From Amoebophrya sp. A120 (Eukaryota; Protista; Dinoflagellata): DNA of 64,000 nt. Position 1 is the stretch's first letter. Each line of letters starts with the position of its first letter. Shown here in pieces: positions 1 to 15,900 of this stretch. Location: NCBI GenBank assembly GCA_905178155.1, contig CAJINV010000004.1, positions 466,969 through 530,968 of the forward strand, read 5' to 3'. The notes below the pieces were generated by a model, which was not told where the DNA came from, did not search any database, and worked only from the letters and a program-made list of their open reading frames with translations. The position numbers and the translations under genes are program-made.

Positions 1-909
1 ACGTCAACATTGCGTGGAATCCCGTGACGCCGATGGAAACGGACGACGTCAACAAGCTTGTCACCGCGGTCACGAATGCCGTGCAGGATGCGGCATCGGC
101 GATTGGCTCTGGATCCGCAGCGGGTAACGTCGCTGTGTCGCAGACGCAGGGCGACACGGCCACTGTCGCGGTGACAACCACGACGAGTAGCACAACAGTC
201 GCGGCAACGACGACGACGACTACCACGACGAAACCGCTCTTGAGTAAGGGGCTAGAAATGGTGCTGAATATCCCTGACACCGCTACTGCCGCAGATGTCG
301 ACGCTGCGTTAACGGACCAGGATTTGCAAAACGCGTTGAAAGACGGTGTGATCGAGTACTTCAAGGACAAGGGAGTAACTCTAAACGCCACCCAGATCGA
401 GAACATGGTGATTACGCCGAAACCGGGGCAGAGCCCCCCGGACATTGGGGTGGACGTCAGTTTCGACGTGCGCGTTGAGCCGCAGGATGTGCCGGATTTA
501 AATATCGCCTGGAATCCCGTTACCCCACTATCCGGCACGGACTTGACAAACCTACAATCCGCCGTTGAGACCGCGGTGCTGACCGCCAGTCCGAACATCG
601 GGAACACGGGGATGGGCGTCACGGTATCGACGGACCAGGGGGATACCGCAACTGTTGCGGTGACAACGACGAGTACGAGTACCTCAGCGCCGCCCGTCGC
701 CTCGTCGACAACCACCACGACGACGCCGCTCCTGAGCAAAGGGCTAGAGATGGTGCTGAATATTCCGGGCGACGCCGCGGATGTGGACGCCGCGCTGCAG
801 GATCCTGATCTTGCGGCGGCTTTGAAAGACGGAATTGTCGAGTACTTTGCCAATAACGGCGTGACATTAACCCCGTCGCAGATCGAGAACATGGTGATCA
901 CGCAGAAGG
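1..909 (+). CDS. First exon in window (5' partial) of the giant repeat protein
   Basis: Frame of ORF 24..971 is open from position 3; domain + Thr-linker repeats; ends at TSD gaagg. Confidence 0.85.
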
Positions 910-3900
910 TATGCATTGCAAATATGTCTGGGTCTGGAAGTATCCGAACTTGTGATGCGTGTTTCGGATGATCCTACGAAGATCTGCGATGCATAACGTG
1001 CAAAAAGTGCCCACTTCTGGCCATGCTGAGAGGGCATTTCTCATGCAGAACACGCATCACGAAGGAGCTGCAGAACATGTGATGCTAGGCCCTGCATTCC
1101 AGAGGTGGGGGAGCTAGAGCTTGGAAAAACTGCATGACAAATCTCGGAATCTCCCAGACCCAGACATATTTGCATTTGATAGAAGGACAACCAGACCCCG
1201 CCCGACATCGGCGTGGACGTTACTTTCGGCGTGCGCGTGGACCCCGAGAACGTGCCGGCGGTGAACATCGCCTGGAATCCGGTCACTCCTCTGGGAGCCC
1301 AGGCGGTGACGCAACTGCAAAACGCCGTTACCGCTGCCGTCCAAACTGCAAGCGCGAACATCGGCAATGCCAATGTGGGTGTTTCGGTTTCGCAGAATCA
1401 GGGCGATACGGCGACTGTCGCGGTAACGACATCGACGACCACGACGACAACCACCACGACGACCACCACGACTACGACAAAACCATTGCTTAACAAGGGA
1501 CTCGAGATGGTGTTGACCTTCCCCGCGACAGCGAGTCCGGATGAGGTGACAGATGCGCTGAGTGACGCGGATTTGAGTGATGCATTAAAGGATGGCGTTG
1601 TGAAATATTTCGCTGATCAGGGCGTCACTCTCACCGATAGTCAAATTGAAAACCTGGTTGTCACGCAAAAGCCGGGATCCAGCCCGCCTGATGTTGGTGT
1701 GGATGTCACTTTTGGTGTCCGTGTGAACCCGGACAATGTGCCAGATGTAAACATCGCATGGAACCCAGTGACGCCTCTGGAGCAAAGCGATCTCGCATCG
1801 CTCCAAACTGCTTTGACCGACGCGGTCCAGAATTCTGCGGCAAGCATTGGCTCGGGATCTGCAGCAGGCAACGTCGCGGTGTCGCAGACGCAGGGGGACA
1901 CTGCTACTGTCGCGGTGACAACGACGACGAGCACGACGACAGTGGTCACTACAACCACCACGACAACGACGAAGCCGCGCTTGAGCAAGGGGCTCGAGAT
2001 GGTGCTCAATATCCCGGGACAAGCCGCGGATGTCGATGCGGCTTTAGCTGTATGAGAGTGCACAACTCCCCCTCCCCCTTATTTGTATAGCATCAACGGC
2101 AACACAAGCACCAGCAAGAATGCCGGTTGTGCATGACAAATTTCCACTGGATTGTAGTGCTATTTGGGCCACCAGAACTTGTCATGCAAACAGTGCCAAG
2201 AGGCAGAGGGTGGGTCGGGTATTTTGCATGACAAATAAGGGGGAGGGGGAGTTGTGAACTGTCATAAGCTGATCAGGACCTGCAAGATGCGTTAAAAGAC
2301 GGTGTGATTGCGTACTTTGATGGGAAAGGGGTGACTTTAACAACCTCGCAGATTGAAAATATGGTGATCACGCAGAAGGAGAACCAAACACCTCCAGAAA
2401 TCGGCGTGGACATTACGTTTGATGTCGTCGCTGACCCAGCAGATGTTGTGGATGTCAACGTCGCCTGGAATCCTACGATTCCTCTACCCGACCAAGACAT
2501 CTCCGACCTCAACACCGCCGTCACGCAAGCGGTGCAAACGCAAAGCGCAAACATCGGCACGGGTGGCGGGGTCACGGTGTCGCAGAACCAAGGCGACACG
2601 GCAACCGTTGCTGTGACTACCACGACCAGCACGACCTCCGTCGCAGCCACGACCACGACGACGACCACGAAACCGTTATTGAACAAGGGACTCGAGTTGG
2701 TGTTGACCATTCCATCTGGAAACGTCACTGCCGCGCTCGCAGATCCGGTGTTGAGCACGGCGCTGACACAAGGCGTCATCGATTACTTCCAGAATCAGGC
2801 GGGGGTAACGCTTACCCCGGCCGACATCAAGAACTTGGTGATTACGCAGAAGCCAAACCAAACCCCGCCGGCGATCGGCGTGGATATCAGTTTTGACGTT
2901 TCGGTTGACCCGGAAAACGTGCCGGACGTGAACATTGCCTGGAATCCGACGACTCCGATCGGCACCACCGAAACAAATCAACTTCTGTCCACTGTCACGG
3001 CCGCCGTGGCCGCGCAAAGCGGCAACATCGGAGACGGCGGCACGATCTCCGTGCAGCAAACGGATTTGGCGACTGTTCCCGCGACGACGACGACAACCAC
3101 CACAACGAAGGCGGTCCTGTCGCGGGGGCTGACCTTGCAACTGGCAATGACCGCGATATCAACTGCAAAAATGTCTGGGTCTGGAAGATTGCAACTTGTC
3201 ATGCTGTTTTTGGACTTTAAAAAAATTTGTATTCGCATGACCAGCAAGAGGGATCCACTTTGTGCTAAACGGACATGGCATTTCTCATGCGGAAGGTGCA
3301 TCAGGAAGCCCTTTAAAAGTCTGTGATGCTAGGTCATGCATTACAGGCGTCATGGATCATGAGAAATATGCATGACAAATAAGAAGGCACAGATTGTCAG
3401 GGGTGCAGAGCTCAAAAGTCGCTCATTTTCGTTTCGCACGTCGCTCACGGTCCTCCGTGGAATTTTCTCGAGGCGAAAAAAAATGTTTTGGAACGGAAAA
3501 AGACCGCGCCGCGAGTGGCAATCTCTGCCCTTTCCACTCTGAAAAATGCCCAGCCTGTGACAGTATAGATCGGGCTTTTTCAGAAGTAATTAGCGGAAAA
3601 ACAAAAGAGCAAAGTGCCGGGAAAGCGTTTTGAGACTTTTCGAAACGTTAGACAAAAGAACGCAGCACCGCAGTCGCGCCTGCCCTCGCTTGCCCACCCT
3701 TGTTTCTGCGCGACGGCTTTTGGAGAAGCCCCGGGCCCCAATCTCTGGGGCCGCCGGCGGAATTTTCTGTGACAGAGGCTGCAGTGAGGCCTCAATTCTC
3801 TTCGACCTTTTCTCGGGCTCCGGGTCAGAAGATTTCCTCTGAGGCGCTTTTTGCGGCGCCGTGGGTCAAAAAGCGGCAGAATTTGCGCTTTTTGGGCCGC

Positions 3901-6900
3901 GGCGCGCCGAAAAGCGTCTCAGAGGGTGCTTCCGACTCGTGGTCCGAAAACGATTATTCCTCTAGCTCTCGCAGAGAATGTCCGCAAGCGGCTGCGGAAA
4001 TTGGGCTCCGAGGTTTCCTCAGAAAATCTTTCCGTGGAAACGCACTCCGTTCGCGGAGAGCAATTGCCCAGCGAGGGCAGCTGTGGTATGCTGCAACTCG
4101 TCAATGTTTCCGAAAAATTTCAGGCGCTTTTTCTCCTATCTGCATTTGCGTACTTCGCTCTTTGCTTCTGAGAAAATCTGGTCGCCATTCTACACAGATT
4201 GGGGCTTTTTCAGAGGCAAAATGGCAAAAATAGCAACTCGCCGAGCGCTCTTTTGCCATTCCGCAAAAAAAATTTCACGTCTGGAAATTCTCACAGACGA
4301 CCGTGAGCGACGTACGAAACGAATTTGAGCGACTTTGGAGCTCTGCACCCCTGGGCCGCCCGTGCCTTCATAATGACAAATCTTGCATTCTTCCAGACCC
4401 AGACATATTTGCAGTTGATACGCGAGCGACCTGGACGATCCGGTCATCAAGGACGAGCTGGTGGACGCCCTGAAAGACATATGCAACGAAAAAACCATTT
4501 ACAGTTACACATTGACATTGTATTGCAGGCCAAGCAAGACAAACAAGTTCTGTCATGCCGAATATGCTCAAGAGCCTTGCTGAGTGCGTGTGTTCTCTTG
4601 TAGTCTCTGCATTACAAGTTTTCTCTGAGACGCAGATGAATAAGTTTGTGTTGCTAAAGTCGCAACATCAAATGTGTAACACATAGCACTGTTTTCCTTT
4701 GATAAGACGGCATCGTCGACTACTTCAAGGCGACCACCGGCGTGACCCTGGACCCGCAACAACTTGAAAATGTGGTGATCACACCGAAGCCGAACACGAA
4801 TCCAGTGGAAGTCGAGATCACATTCGACGTAACAGCCGACAACCCTTCGCAAGTGACCACCATCGATCTCGCGTGGAGCCCGGATGCTGTCATGCCAAGT
4901 GGCAGTGCGGAGCTCACGACGCTTCTGAACTCGGTGAAGACTTCTGTTGCGGATAGCGCCGCGCTGACAGGGGTGGTGACCGTGGAGGATACCGGGATTA
5001 CGACTGTGATTATCCCGACGACCACTACCACCTCGACCACGACCACGACAAAACCACTCCTCCCAAGAGGTTTGAGTTTGGAGTTAAATCTGCAAGATGC
5101 AGATGTGGACGGTGCATTGTCAGATCCGGACTTCTCAAATGCGGTGAAGGAGGGCATTATCAAGTACTTCCTTGATAGCGGTGTGACGCTTACCGCAGAC
5201 CAGATTGAGAACATGGAAATCCAGCAGACGTCCGGGACGGCGCCGGGCGACGTGGGCATCGAAGTGACATTTGGCGTGCGGGTTGATGATGACGCTCAGG
5301 TGGCTGCAGTCGACACTGCGTGGGACCCGGATACAACATTACCGACAACAGAAGTCGATTCGCTCGTCGACGCTGTGCAGGCCGCTGTGACAACCGCGGC
5401 GGCTAGTGTGCAAACCGGCTTAACCGTGAAAGACACAAACGCGGGCTCTGTCGTGGTGACGACAACAACGACGACGACCACGACGACGACGACCACTACG
5501 ACGCTTCCGTTGTTACAGCGGGGCTTGCAGCTAGACCTGAACATTCCGATCGGGACGACTGTCGACGATGCGTTGCAAGACCCCGCGTTGCAGGATGCTT
5601 TGAAGGCCGGCGTGGTCGCGTACTTTCAAAACGCCACGGGACTGACGTTGTCTGCCAGCGACATCGAGAACATGGTGATCACGCCGCAAACGGGGCAAAC
5701 GCAACCTAGTGTCGGCGTGGACATCACGTTTGGAGTAAGGGTTGAGCCGCAAGATGTCGTCGATGTGAATCTCGCTTGGAGCCCGGTAGTTCCGATGGAT
5801 ACTTCGGAAACGACGGAATTGCTTAATTATGTGAAAGATTCGGTTTCGGATGCTGTCTCTTCCGGAAGCATCTCCGCTACAGCTGGCGTCACCGCCGTGC
5901 AGGACACGGGGATCGCGACGGTTGCAGTGACAACCACTTATGCAGTGCAAGAGTACCGTACTAGTCGTAATCGCATCACAAATTCGCTCAGCATGAGAAA
6001 CGAAACTTGTAATGCGGATTTCCAGTGAGAAAGAGATTTGTAATGCGTGACTGCGCTTAGTGCGACCACGGTACTTTTGCAGTGCACACCAGCACGACAA
6101 CGACGACGACAACAAAAGCACTTTTAGAACGTGGGTTAACGCTCCAACTCGACATCACCGGCGACGTCGACGCCGCGTTAGCCGACACGGATTTGGCGGA
6201 CTCGGTGAAACAGGGCGTGATCAAGTACTTCGAAGCGACAACGGGGATTACCCTGACGGCCCAGGACATTGAGAACATGGTGATCACTCCCGTGAATGGA
6301 ACGAGTAACCCAGTAGAAGTCGACATCACGTTTGCGGTGCGAGTGGACGAGGAAGCCGTGACGCCCGTCAACCTCGCCTGGAACCCGACCACGCCGATGG
6401 ACGCGGGCAGCACGGAACTGGACAAATTGCTGGAAACGGTCAAGACTGTATCAAATGCAAAAATGTCTGGGTCTGGGACGAGATTGCGAGATTTGTCATG
6501 CTAGTCTGGCATGACTCTGAACTCTGTGTTGCATGGCCGCGAAGAGCTCCTCCTCCCTGTCATGCAAAAACGCAGTTTGTCATGCGAAATACGCAACTCA
6601 GAACCATCAAAAAAACTTGTCATGCTTGGCAGCGCATCACAGTGAGTTCACTATTCCCTTTCTTGCATCACAAGTTTCCAGACCCAGACGCAGACATATT
6701 TGCAATGCATAGACCGCGGTGCAGGACAACGCAGCTAGTTTGACCGGAACCGTGACCGTCCGGGACGACGCAAGTGCGGTATCAACTGTGCCCAGCACGA
6801 CGACGACCTCGACGACAACCACCACGCAGGCTGTGTTGTCCCGCTCTCTCACCCTGCAGCTCGACATCACCGGCGATGTAAACACCGCTGTGCAAGATCC

Positions 6901-9900
6901 GGAATTAGAAAACTCCCTGAAAGACGGTATCATCAAGTATTTCGAAACCACCACTGGGATCACATTGACGCCGCAAGAAATCGAAAACATGACCATCACG
7001 CCAGTGCCTGGAACTTCGCCCGTTGAAGTGAAAATCGACTTTGACGTGCGGGTCGACGGGAATGAAGTGACGCCGATCAACCTCGCGTGGAACCCAGACA
7101 CCGCCATGGCTTCCGATAGCACCGAGTATGGGACTCTCAAACGTTACATTCTCAACTGTTGCATGGATTTGTCATGCAAAATTGCCATTGCCCTCCACTT
7201 GATCAAGGTGCTTAGCATGACAAATTTTCGAAGGGCTAAATAGCATGATACTCTGTAGAAAATCTGTGATGCGAAAGTTGCAACGTTGCCACTTTCACTG
7301 TTGCTGTTCTTGCATTACAAACCCATGCAACAGTTGAGAATGTAACATTTGAGAACGCCATACCGAGGTGGAGACGCTTCTAAACACGGTGAAAACTGCT
7401 GTCTCGAGCAACGCAAATCTGCAAAATGTCGTGGTGACAGACGACAAGTCCGCGGTGGTGACCGCGACGACCTCGACTACCACAACGACAAGCACCACGA
7501 CAACCACGGACGGGCTGCTGCAACGCGGGCTGACGTTGCAGCTTGACATCACGAGCACCAACGTGACCGCGGCGCTAGAAGATCCGGACTTGGCGGACTC
7601 GGTGAAGCAGGGGGTTATCAAGTACTTCGAACTAACCAGCGGCATCACGTTCACTCCGCAGGAAATCGAGAACATGGTAATCACCCAGGTCCCCGGGACG
7701 ACTTCGCCGGTTGAAGTAGATATCACGTTCGAGGTGCGGGTTGACCCAACAGAAGTGACGCCCATCAACCTCGCCTGGAATCCCAATACTCCGATGGACT
7801 CCTCCAGTACTGAGCTGGAAACGCTCTTGAGCACGGTGAAAACGGCGGTGGCCGTATCAAATGCAAAAATGTCTGGGTTTGGAAGAATGCAAGATTGTCA
7901 TGCTTGTCTCACATGACGTTTGAATTTGTCATGCACATTACCCAAGAGCCCCATTTTTCTGTCATGCAGACACGCAGTTTGTCATGCAGAATAGGCAACA
8001 CCTAGAAGCTCAGAAGCTTGTCATGCTGAGCCAGCACTTCTTGTGGCCTTCTCATGATACGCCACCCAGCATCACAAGCTTCCAGAACCAGACAAATTTG
8101 CACTTCATAGGCCGACAGTGCCAGCGATTTCTCGCCTTCGACCATCGCCGTAAAGGACAACGCGGCGGCGGTTGTCACGATCTATGGACTGCAAAAGTAT
8201 CGTACTCGTATAAATGCATGACAAATTTCCTCAGCATGAGAAATGAAATTTGTAATGCAGATTTGCCTTGGGAACAAGATTTGTAATGCATGACTTGCAT
8301 TTATACGAGTACGATACTTTTGCACAGGATACGATCACGAGCAGCACTACATCGACCACGACGACGACGTATGCATTGCAAAAGTAACGCACTCGTAGTA
8401 ATTGCTTTGGTGCATGACAAATCTCCTATCTTAGCTCAACCAGCATTACAAATTCCACTTTTCTTCTTGGCGAAATTTGTCATGCTATTTGTTTCTACTA
8501 GTACGATAGGATACTTTTGCAACGCATACGACGACCACCACGACGACGGTGGTGGAGCGGACGTTTGAGCTGGAGCTGAACATTCCGGGGAACGTCGACG
8601 ATGCCTTGAATGACCCGGACCTGAAGGACGCCATGATTGACGGTGTTATCAAGTACTTCGAGCAGAGCACGGGGATCACCTTGACGGATCAGCAAATCGC
8701 GAGCATGAACATCACGCAAAAGAACGGGACAACGGCCGACGCGAGCGGAAATGTGCAAGTGGAGATCTCGTTCGGAGTGTCTGTGAATCCAAGTCAGTCT
8801 ACCGCGGTGAACCTCGGCTGGAGTCCCGACACTGCTATGAGTCCGAACGGAACCGCGATCAGTACCTTGTTGAATAGTGTGCAAACAGCCGTGTCCACGA
8901 ACACCGGGTTGACAAACGTGGTGTCCGTCGACACTGATGCGGACATCGCAACTGTTCCGTCGACCACGACGACGTCCACTACGACTTTGAGCACTATTGC
9001 TGTCAAGCCTTTGCTCACCCGCGGCTTAACCCTGCAGCTCGATGTCACGAGCAGCAACCTGACGGAGTCGCTGCAAGACCCGGACTTGGCGGACTCGGTG
9101 AAAACTGGTGTGATCAAGTACTTTATCAAATGCAAAAATGTCTGGGTCTGGAAGAGTGCAAGATTTGTCATGCATATTTCTCATGACCTATGATGCGTGT
9201 AATGCTTGACTAGCATCGCAGACTTTTAGAGAGCTTCCTGATGCACCTTCCGCATGAGAAATGGCCTGTCTGTGTGGCAAAAACTGTACCCCTCTTGCTG
9301 GTCATGCAATACAAATTTTTTTAGAGTCCAAAAACAGCATGACAAGTTGAAATCTTCCAGACCCAGACATTTTTGCAGTTGATATACTTCGAGCTTACCA
9401 CCGGCATTACGTTGACGGAGCAAGAGATCGAGAATTTGGTCATCACGCAGGTCCCGGGCACGACATCCCCTGTGGAAGTCGACATCACCTTCGGTGTTCG
9501 CGTCGAGGAGAATCAAGTAACAGCAGTCAATCTTGCCTGGAATCCGGACACATCCATGGCTCCTGGTAGCACCGAGTTGGACACCTTGCTCGACACGGTT
9601 AAGACTGCGGTCGCGGACAATGCGGCGAGCTTGACCGGCACTGTCACAGTAAAAGACGATGCGAGTGCGGTGTCAACTGTGCCGAGCACAACGACTAGCA
9701 CGACTACCACGACGACTAAGCCTGTCTTATCTCGGTCTTTAACTCTGCAGCTCGACATCACGGGCGATGTGGCTACAGCGGCGCAAGATCCGCAGCTGGA
9801 GAAATCCTTGAAGAACGGCATCATTGAGTATTTCCAGCTGACGACTGGAATTACTCTGACGCAGGACGAGATTGAAACCATGACAATCACCCCAGTGTCT

Positions 9901-12900
9901 AGAATATCCAAGAAAAAAACTGTGTTAGTGTAGCTGTGTTGGGGTAACAGAATGACAAAGCTGCTCTGCATGACAGAGAAGTCCTATCATGCACAGCTAG
10001 TATGTGAAAAGACGTAAAGGAAACAGGCCACTGAGATTATGGCTGGCCAGTACGACAAGGACAATCAAGCGTAATGCATTTACAGACTTACACTTGCGCT
10101 GTTTTTTTCGTGCATATGGAACCTCCCCGGTTGAAGTGGATATCGACTTCACAGTGAGGGTGGAACCGTCGGAAGTGACGCCCATCAACCTGGCTTGGAA
10201 CCCGAATACCGCCATGGCGGCCAATAGCACAGAGGTGGAAACGCTTTTGAAAACGGTGAAAGCCGCTGTTTCGAGCAACACCAATCTGCAGAATGTTGCG
10301 GTTACAGACGATGTGTTTGGTGTGGTTACCGCAGAGACAACCAGCACGACGACCACGACGAAATCAACTCTTCTTCGCAGCTTCGATTTGGAACTCACCA
10401 TTCCGCAGAACACTACCGTCGCCGACGCGCTTGCGGACCCGGATTTGAAGGATGCTATGATTACGGGTATCATCGATTACTTCGAGGAATCCACCGGAAT
10501 AACTTTGGCTCCAGACCAGATCGCGAATCTGAACATCACGGAGGGTACCACCACTGGGCAAACCGTCGGAGTCACGGTGGATTTTGGTGTCGAAGTCACC
10601 GACGCAGACCAAGCGACCGCGGTCGACCTCGGCTGGAGTCCCACCACGGCGTTACCGACTAACGGCGCCCAAGTCAACGCGTTGCTCGACAGCGTGCAGG
10701 AAGCGGTTGCGGGGAATACTGGCTTGGATAACGTGGTCGAGGTGGAAGACACTGCAAACCTTTCGACTACTCCGGTCGTCACCACCACGACGTCGACCAC
10801 CACAACCAGCACAACGCGGCCGCTGCTGACCCGCGGGTTAGAATTACAGTTGAACATTCCGGGCAACGTGCGCACGGCTTTGTCCGACACGGCGTTACAG
10901 CAGTCGGTGAAGGAAGGAGTTATCGAATACTTCTTGTTGACCGCGGGGATCGAGCTCACCGCCCAACAAATCGAGAACCTCGACATTTCCCAAATCTCCG
11001 GCACTTCCCCGCCGGATATCGGCGCCAAAGTGACCTTCGGCATCCGTTGCAACGAAGACGACGTGACGACCATCAACCAGGTGTGGAGCCCGACCAGCGA
11101 AATCCCGGCGGGGGGTAACGCTTTGAAAACCCTTTTGGAGTCGGTGACCAAGGCGGTAGCCGACAATAGCGGGAATTTAGCGACACCAGTGACGGTGAAA
11201 GACACCGGGATCGTATGGAAAGAAAAAAGTTTGTCACAGTCACTAACTTGGAGGTTTTGCAAATTTTGTGAGCGTCACAAATTTTCCTTGTATTGCAGAA
11301 ACACTACGGAAACCCCGTATGAACTTTGGCTGCGAAGACGCATTTTTACGCATGACTGACAGACATTTCTGTATTGCAAAAATACCCATCTTCAGTGATC
11401 GTGACAAACTTTTTTCTTTTGATAGATTGCGACCCTTCCCGCATCGACGACCACCACGACGACAACGACGAAGGCGTTGCTACCCCGTGGTTTGAATTTA
11501 CAATTACAAATTCCACAGGGAAATAACGTCACCGCGGTCTTGGCTGATCCGAAGCTGAAAGAGTCTTTGGTTTCGGGTATCATCCAATACTTCAAGGAGG
11601 AAGAGGGCATCACGTTGACGCCCGACCAAATCGAGAACCTCGACATTACCCAAACTTCCAGTGGCGCAAATAACGTGGTTGGTGTCCAGGTCACGTTCGC
11701 GGTACGCGCGGAAGATGATACGCAGATTACGCAGATTAACACGGCCTGGAGTCCGGACACGGTTCTGGATCCTTCCGGCACGCAGATTGATAATTTACTC
11801 AATACCGTGAAATCCGCTGTGACGAACAACGCGGCTCTGACCGGGACGGTAACCGTGCAAGACGACGGAGTGGCCACGGTGGTGGTCACGACCACTACAA
11901 CGAGCACCACCACGCTTGCGCCGCCGTTCGAAGCGCAGCGGCAAATCACCTTCACGTTTGACGTGAAGAGTCTGTCCGACGCGGAGGCCAGTACGCTAAT
12001 GACGAACGCAACTTTGCGCGGCGCGATCATGACTGCGATGGAAAATTTCGTGAAGGATACACTGCAAATCCCCGACAATAACGCCCCCGCGATCGGCAGT
12101 GTGCTCTTGCAAATGTTGGGAAAGCAGCAAGCGGACACGGCGGGGGACGATCGCATTACCGTTCAGGTTTTGTTCCGGTTTCAGGATTACGATGAACAGA
12201 AGATCAGTGCTTTGACCAGCAAATGGGACGCGGTACAAGGGTTAAGCGCTAGTGAAGAGACGGATCTGGTCGAGGATCTGCGGGCGGCGATCACGGCTGC
12301 TGGCTTTGCGCTCACCGCGATCCCGGCGGCCGGGGGCCTGCAGAGTCCCACCACGTCGACCAGCACCACGACAACGACCGCGGCAGAAGCGGCGACGACC
12401 ACGACAACGGAAGCCCCGGCGACCACCGCGACTACTACGACAACCGCCGCTCCGGTACTGGAGTTGACGCGGCAAATCACGTTTACCTTTGACTTAGACA
12501 AACTCTCCGAGCAGCAATCTTCGGACATGATGACGGACGACAAGATGAAATCGGCTGTGAGAACCGCGGTGGAGGAATTTCTCCTGTCCACGCTGCTCAT
12601 CGACCCCGCCGACCGGGCGCCGATCGAGTTCGTGGCGCTGCAAAAGTTCAGCCACCAGAAAAACACTCCCCAAACGGACATTGACCGGATCACGGCGCAG
12701 GCCAGCTTTGTGTTCCGATCGACGGACCAAGCGCTGCTGGACAAAGTTTCCGACAAGTGGTCCGCTACTGGCGGTTTGACGGATGCGCAGAAATCCAGTT
12801 TGGTCACCGAGCTGCAGACCGCAATCGCAAACGAAGGCTTTACGGTATCCGCCATCGCCGGCGCGGGCGGGTTAACCAGTCCGACCACGACAAGCACGAC

Positions 12901-15900
12901 GACAACTACCACGAGCACGACAACGACGACGACAACAAGTTTGGCCGTAGCTAGTGTGGAGTTAGAGCGAGAGGTGACGTTCACAGCGGACATGGACACG
13001 ATCAGTAGTACTGATGCCCAGGATTTGATGACCGACGCGAACTTCAACCAAGCTGTGAAAACCGGAATTTTAGCGTTTTTGGACAGCGGGCTCAGCGTGA
13101 ACGCAACCACCCAACCGCCGTTGCAGATCGTCAGGCTGCAATTATTGACAACCCCGTACGCGATCTCGAACACTGCTTCTCGGTTGACCGTGCAAGCGGA
13201 AGTGTTGTTCCGCGATCCTGCCCCATCAAGTAAGATCGACGCGGTTTCTGCCGTGTGGTCCGCGACCGCGGCTTTCACGTCTACCGTCGCGGCGAAGTTG
13301 GCAGACGAATTGAAAACCGCGTTGGTGAACGCGGGGTACTCCATCACTGCGGTTCCGGGGGGCAGCTCGATCCCAGCGCCCACGACCACCACCAGTACTT
13401 CTACGACGACAGCAGCAGTAACTGCTACGACGTCGACCACGTCTGTTGCGCCAACTGCCTTGCTGCCGCGCGGCTTAAGTCTGCAGCTGAGCATCAGCGG
13501 CGACGTTAGTACCGCGTTGCAGGATAACGACTTCCAGGCAGCGGTGAAAGCCGGTATCGTGGAATACTTCCAGGACCAGGGAGTCACGCTGACAGAAAAC
13601 CAGATCGAGGATTTAGAGATCACGCAAACCTCCGGCAGCGGGCAGGATATCGGCGTGGAGATCAAATTTGGCATCCGGGTGGAGCAAGCAGACGTCGCTG
13701 CGATCGATACCGCTTGGGACCCGGACGTGGCGGTGACGAGCGGACCTGCCTTATCCGATATCGTCGACGCGGTGCAAACCGCGGTGGCGGACCCGACTGC
13801 AAACGTGGCTGACGTCACTGTGAAATCGACGGGGGCAGCGACCATTGTGGTGACCACCACGACAACTACGACAACAATCCTTTCCACGACAACAACCACC
13901 ACCACCGGGGCCTTGCTCGCCCGAGGAATGGAGTTGGAACTAACCCTACCAGCGGGCGTGACGGACATTGCCGCTGCACTAGCCGATCCAGATTTGTCCG
14001 CGAGCGTCAAGCAAGGCGTGATCGAGTACTTCGAAAATAGTACAGACATCACTTTAACGCCGGAACAGCTCGAAAACTTCGACATCAACCTCGCTTCTGG
14101 CACTCCACCAGACATCGCAATCAACATCACGTTTGATGTTCGCGTCCCGGCAACTCAGGTGGATGACATCGACGCCGCGTGGAACCCGGATACTGCGATG
14201 GTGACGGGGAGCGATGATTTGGATGATCTGCTCGAACAAATCCAAATGGCAGTGTCAACCGCCGGCCCGGCGGGAACGACGGTAAAAGACACGGGGATCG
14301 CGACGGTCCCAGTCAGTACCACCACCAGCACGACGACCACCACGAAGCCAATTTTGTCTCGTGGGCTCCAGCTGCAGCTCGACATCCCTTCCGGGGATGT
14401 GGACGCGACGTTAACGGACGCGGAATTCCTAGCTGCTTTGAAGGACGGGGTCGTGGAGTTCTTCAAGAACACGACGGGGATCACTTTATCCCCGACTGAT
14501 ATCTTAAATCTGCAAATCGAGCAAACTGGTGGCAGCAGTACCAGCCCCACGGTGGAGATCAAATTTGACATCGAGGTGGACAATGCAGCTCAAGCCGGGG
14601 AAATCGACTCCACCTGGGATCCGGACACGCCGATGAGCCCGACCGGCACGGCGATTGAGACACTGCTCAGCTCTGTGGAAAGCGCGGTCGCCGCTTCCCC
14701 TGTGACGGGAGTGACGGTGGAGACGCAGACAGGTACGGCGACTACGGTCGTGGTTCCTACGACAACTTCCACCACTACGACGACAACACTCGGGGAAATC
14801 CAGCGCGACATTTCCTTCACGTTCGACGTTGCGTCATTGTCCTACTCCGATGCAACAGATCTGGTTTCCGACGCGAAGATGAAAACTGCGATTCGCACCG
14901 CGGTTTTGAACTTTGTGCAGAATGATTTGTTGGTTCCGACGGGGCAAACCCCGTCTTTGTCCTCCGTGTTCCCGCAATTACTGGCAAAGATTGATGGCAT
15001 TTCCCAGGGCAATGACCGGTTGACCACGCAGGCGCAGGTGGTGTTCAGAAGTTTAGTGGAGGCGAAGATCGCAAGTCTCGAATCCGCTTGGTCGGGGAGT
15101 GCCGCCTTGTCCAATGCGAATGCCACAGCGTTGGCAGACAAGCTGCGGACGGAGATCGCGAGTCAGGGCTTCACGATTGCGTCGTTCGAGGGAGCGAACA
15201 GTGTCGTCAGTCCGACCACAACGACCACGACGACAACGACTACGACGACCAGCACGTCAACGTCGACAACGACAACCACAAGCACTACGACCAGCACGAC
15301 GACAAGCACGACCACGGTTCCTACCTTTGAGATCAAGCGGGACATCGTGTTCACGATCGATGTCGCTTCGTTAACGGACGCGGACGCGGATTTATTGATG
15401 TCAAACCAGACTTTGATCACCGCAATTTCAACAGCGACGCAGACCTTCTTGTCCACGTATTTGCAGATTGATCCGAATCAAATCCCCGCGACGATTTTCG
15501 ACGCCTTGCAGATCCTGGGTAAAAACGATGATGTTTCCCCGGGTGTTGATCGGGTGACGGTGCAAGCCGATGTGACGTTTAGAGACACTGTCGAGCAGCA
15601 CATTGATGACGTCGCGGACATGTGGTCGGCCACGAGCCCGCTGTCGCAAGCCGCGACCGACAATCTCGCGCTCGAGATTCAAACGGCCATCGAAAACTCC
15701 GGGTTTGAAGTCAAGGCGTACCAGGGCGCGGGGTCCGTGCCGGTCGCAACCACGACCTCGACCACGACCACCACGACGACGACAAGCACGACGACGACGA
15801 CAAGCACGACAACCTCGACCACGACGACAGTCACAGTGGTGTTCGAACTAGAAAGAGAAATCACTTTCACGATTGACATGCTGGGGATCACGAAAATCGA

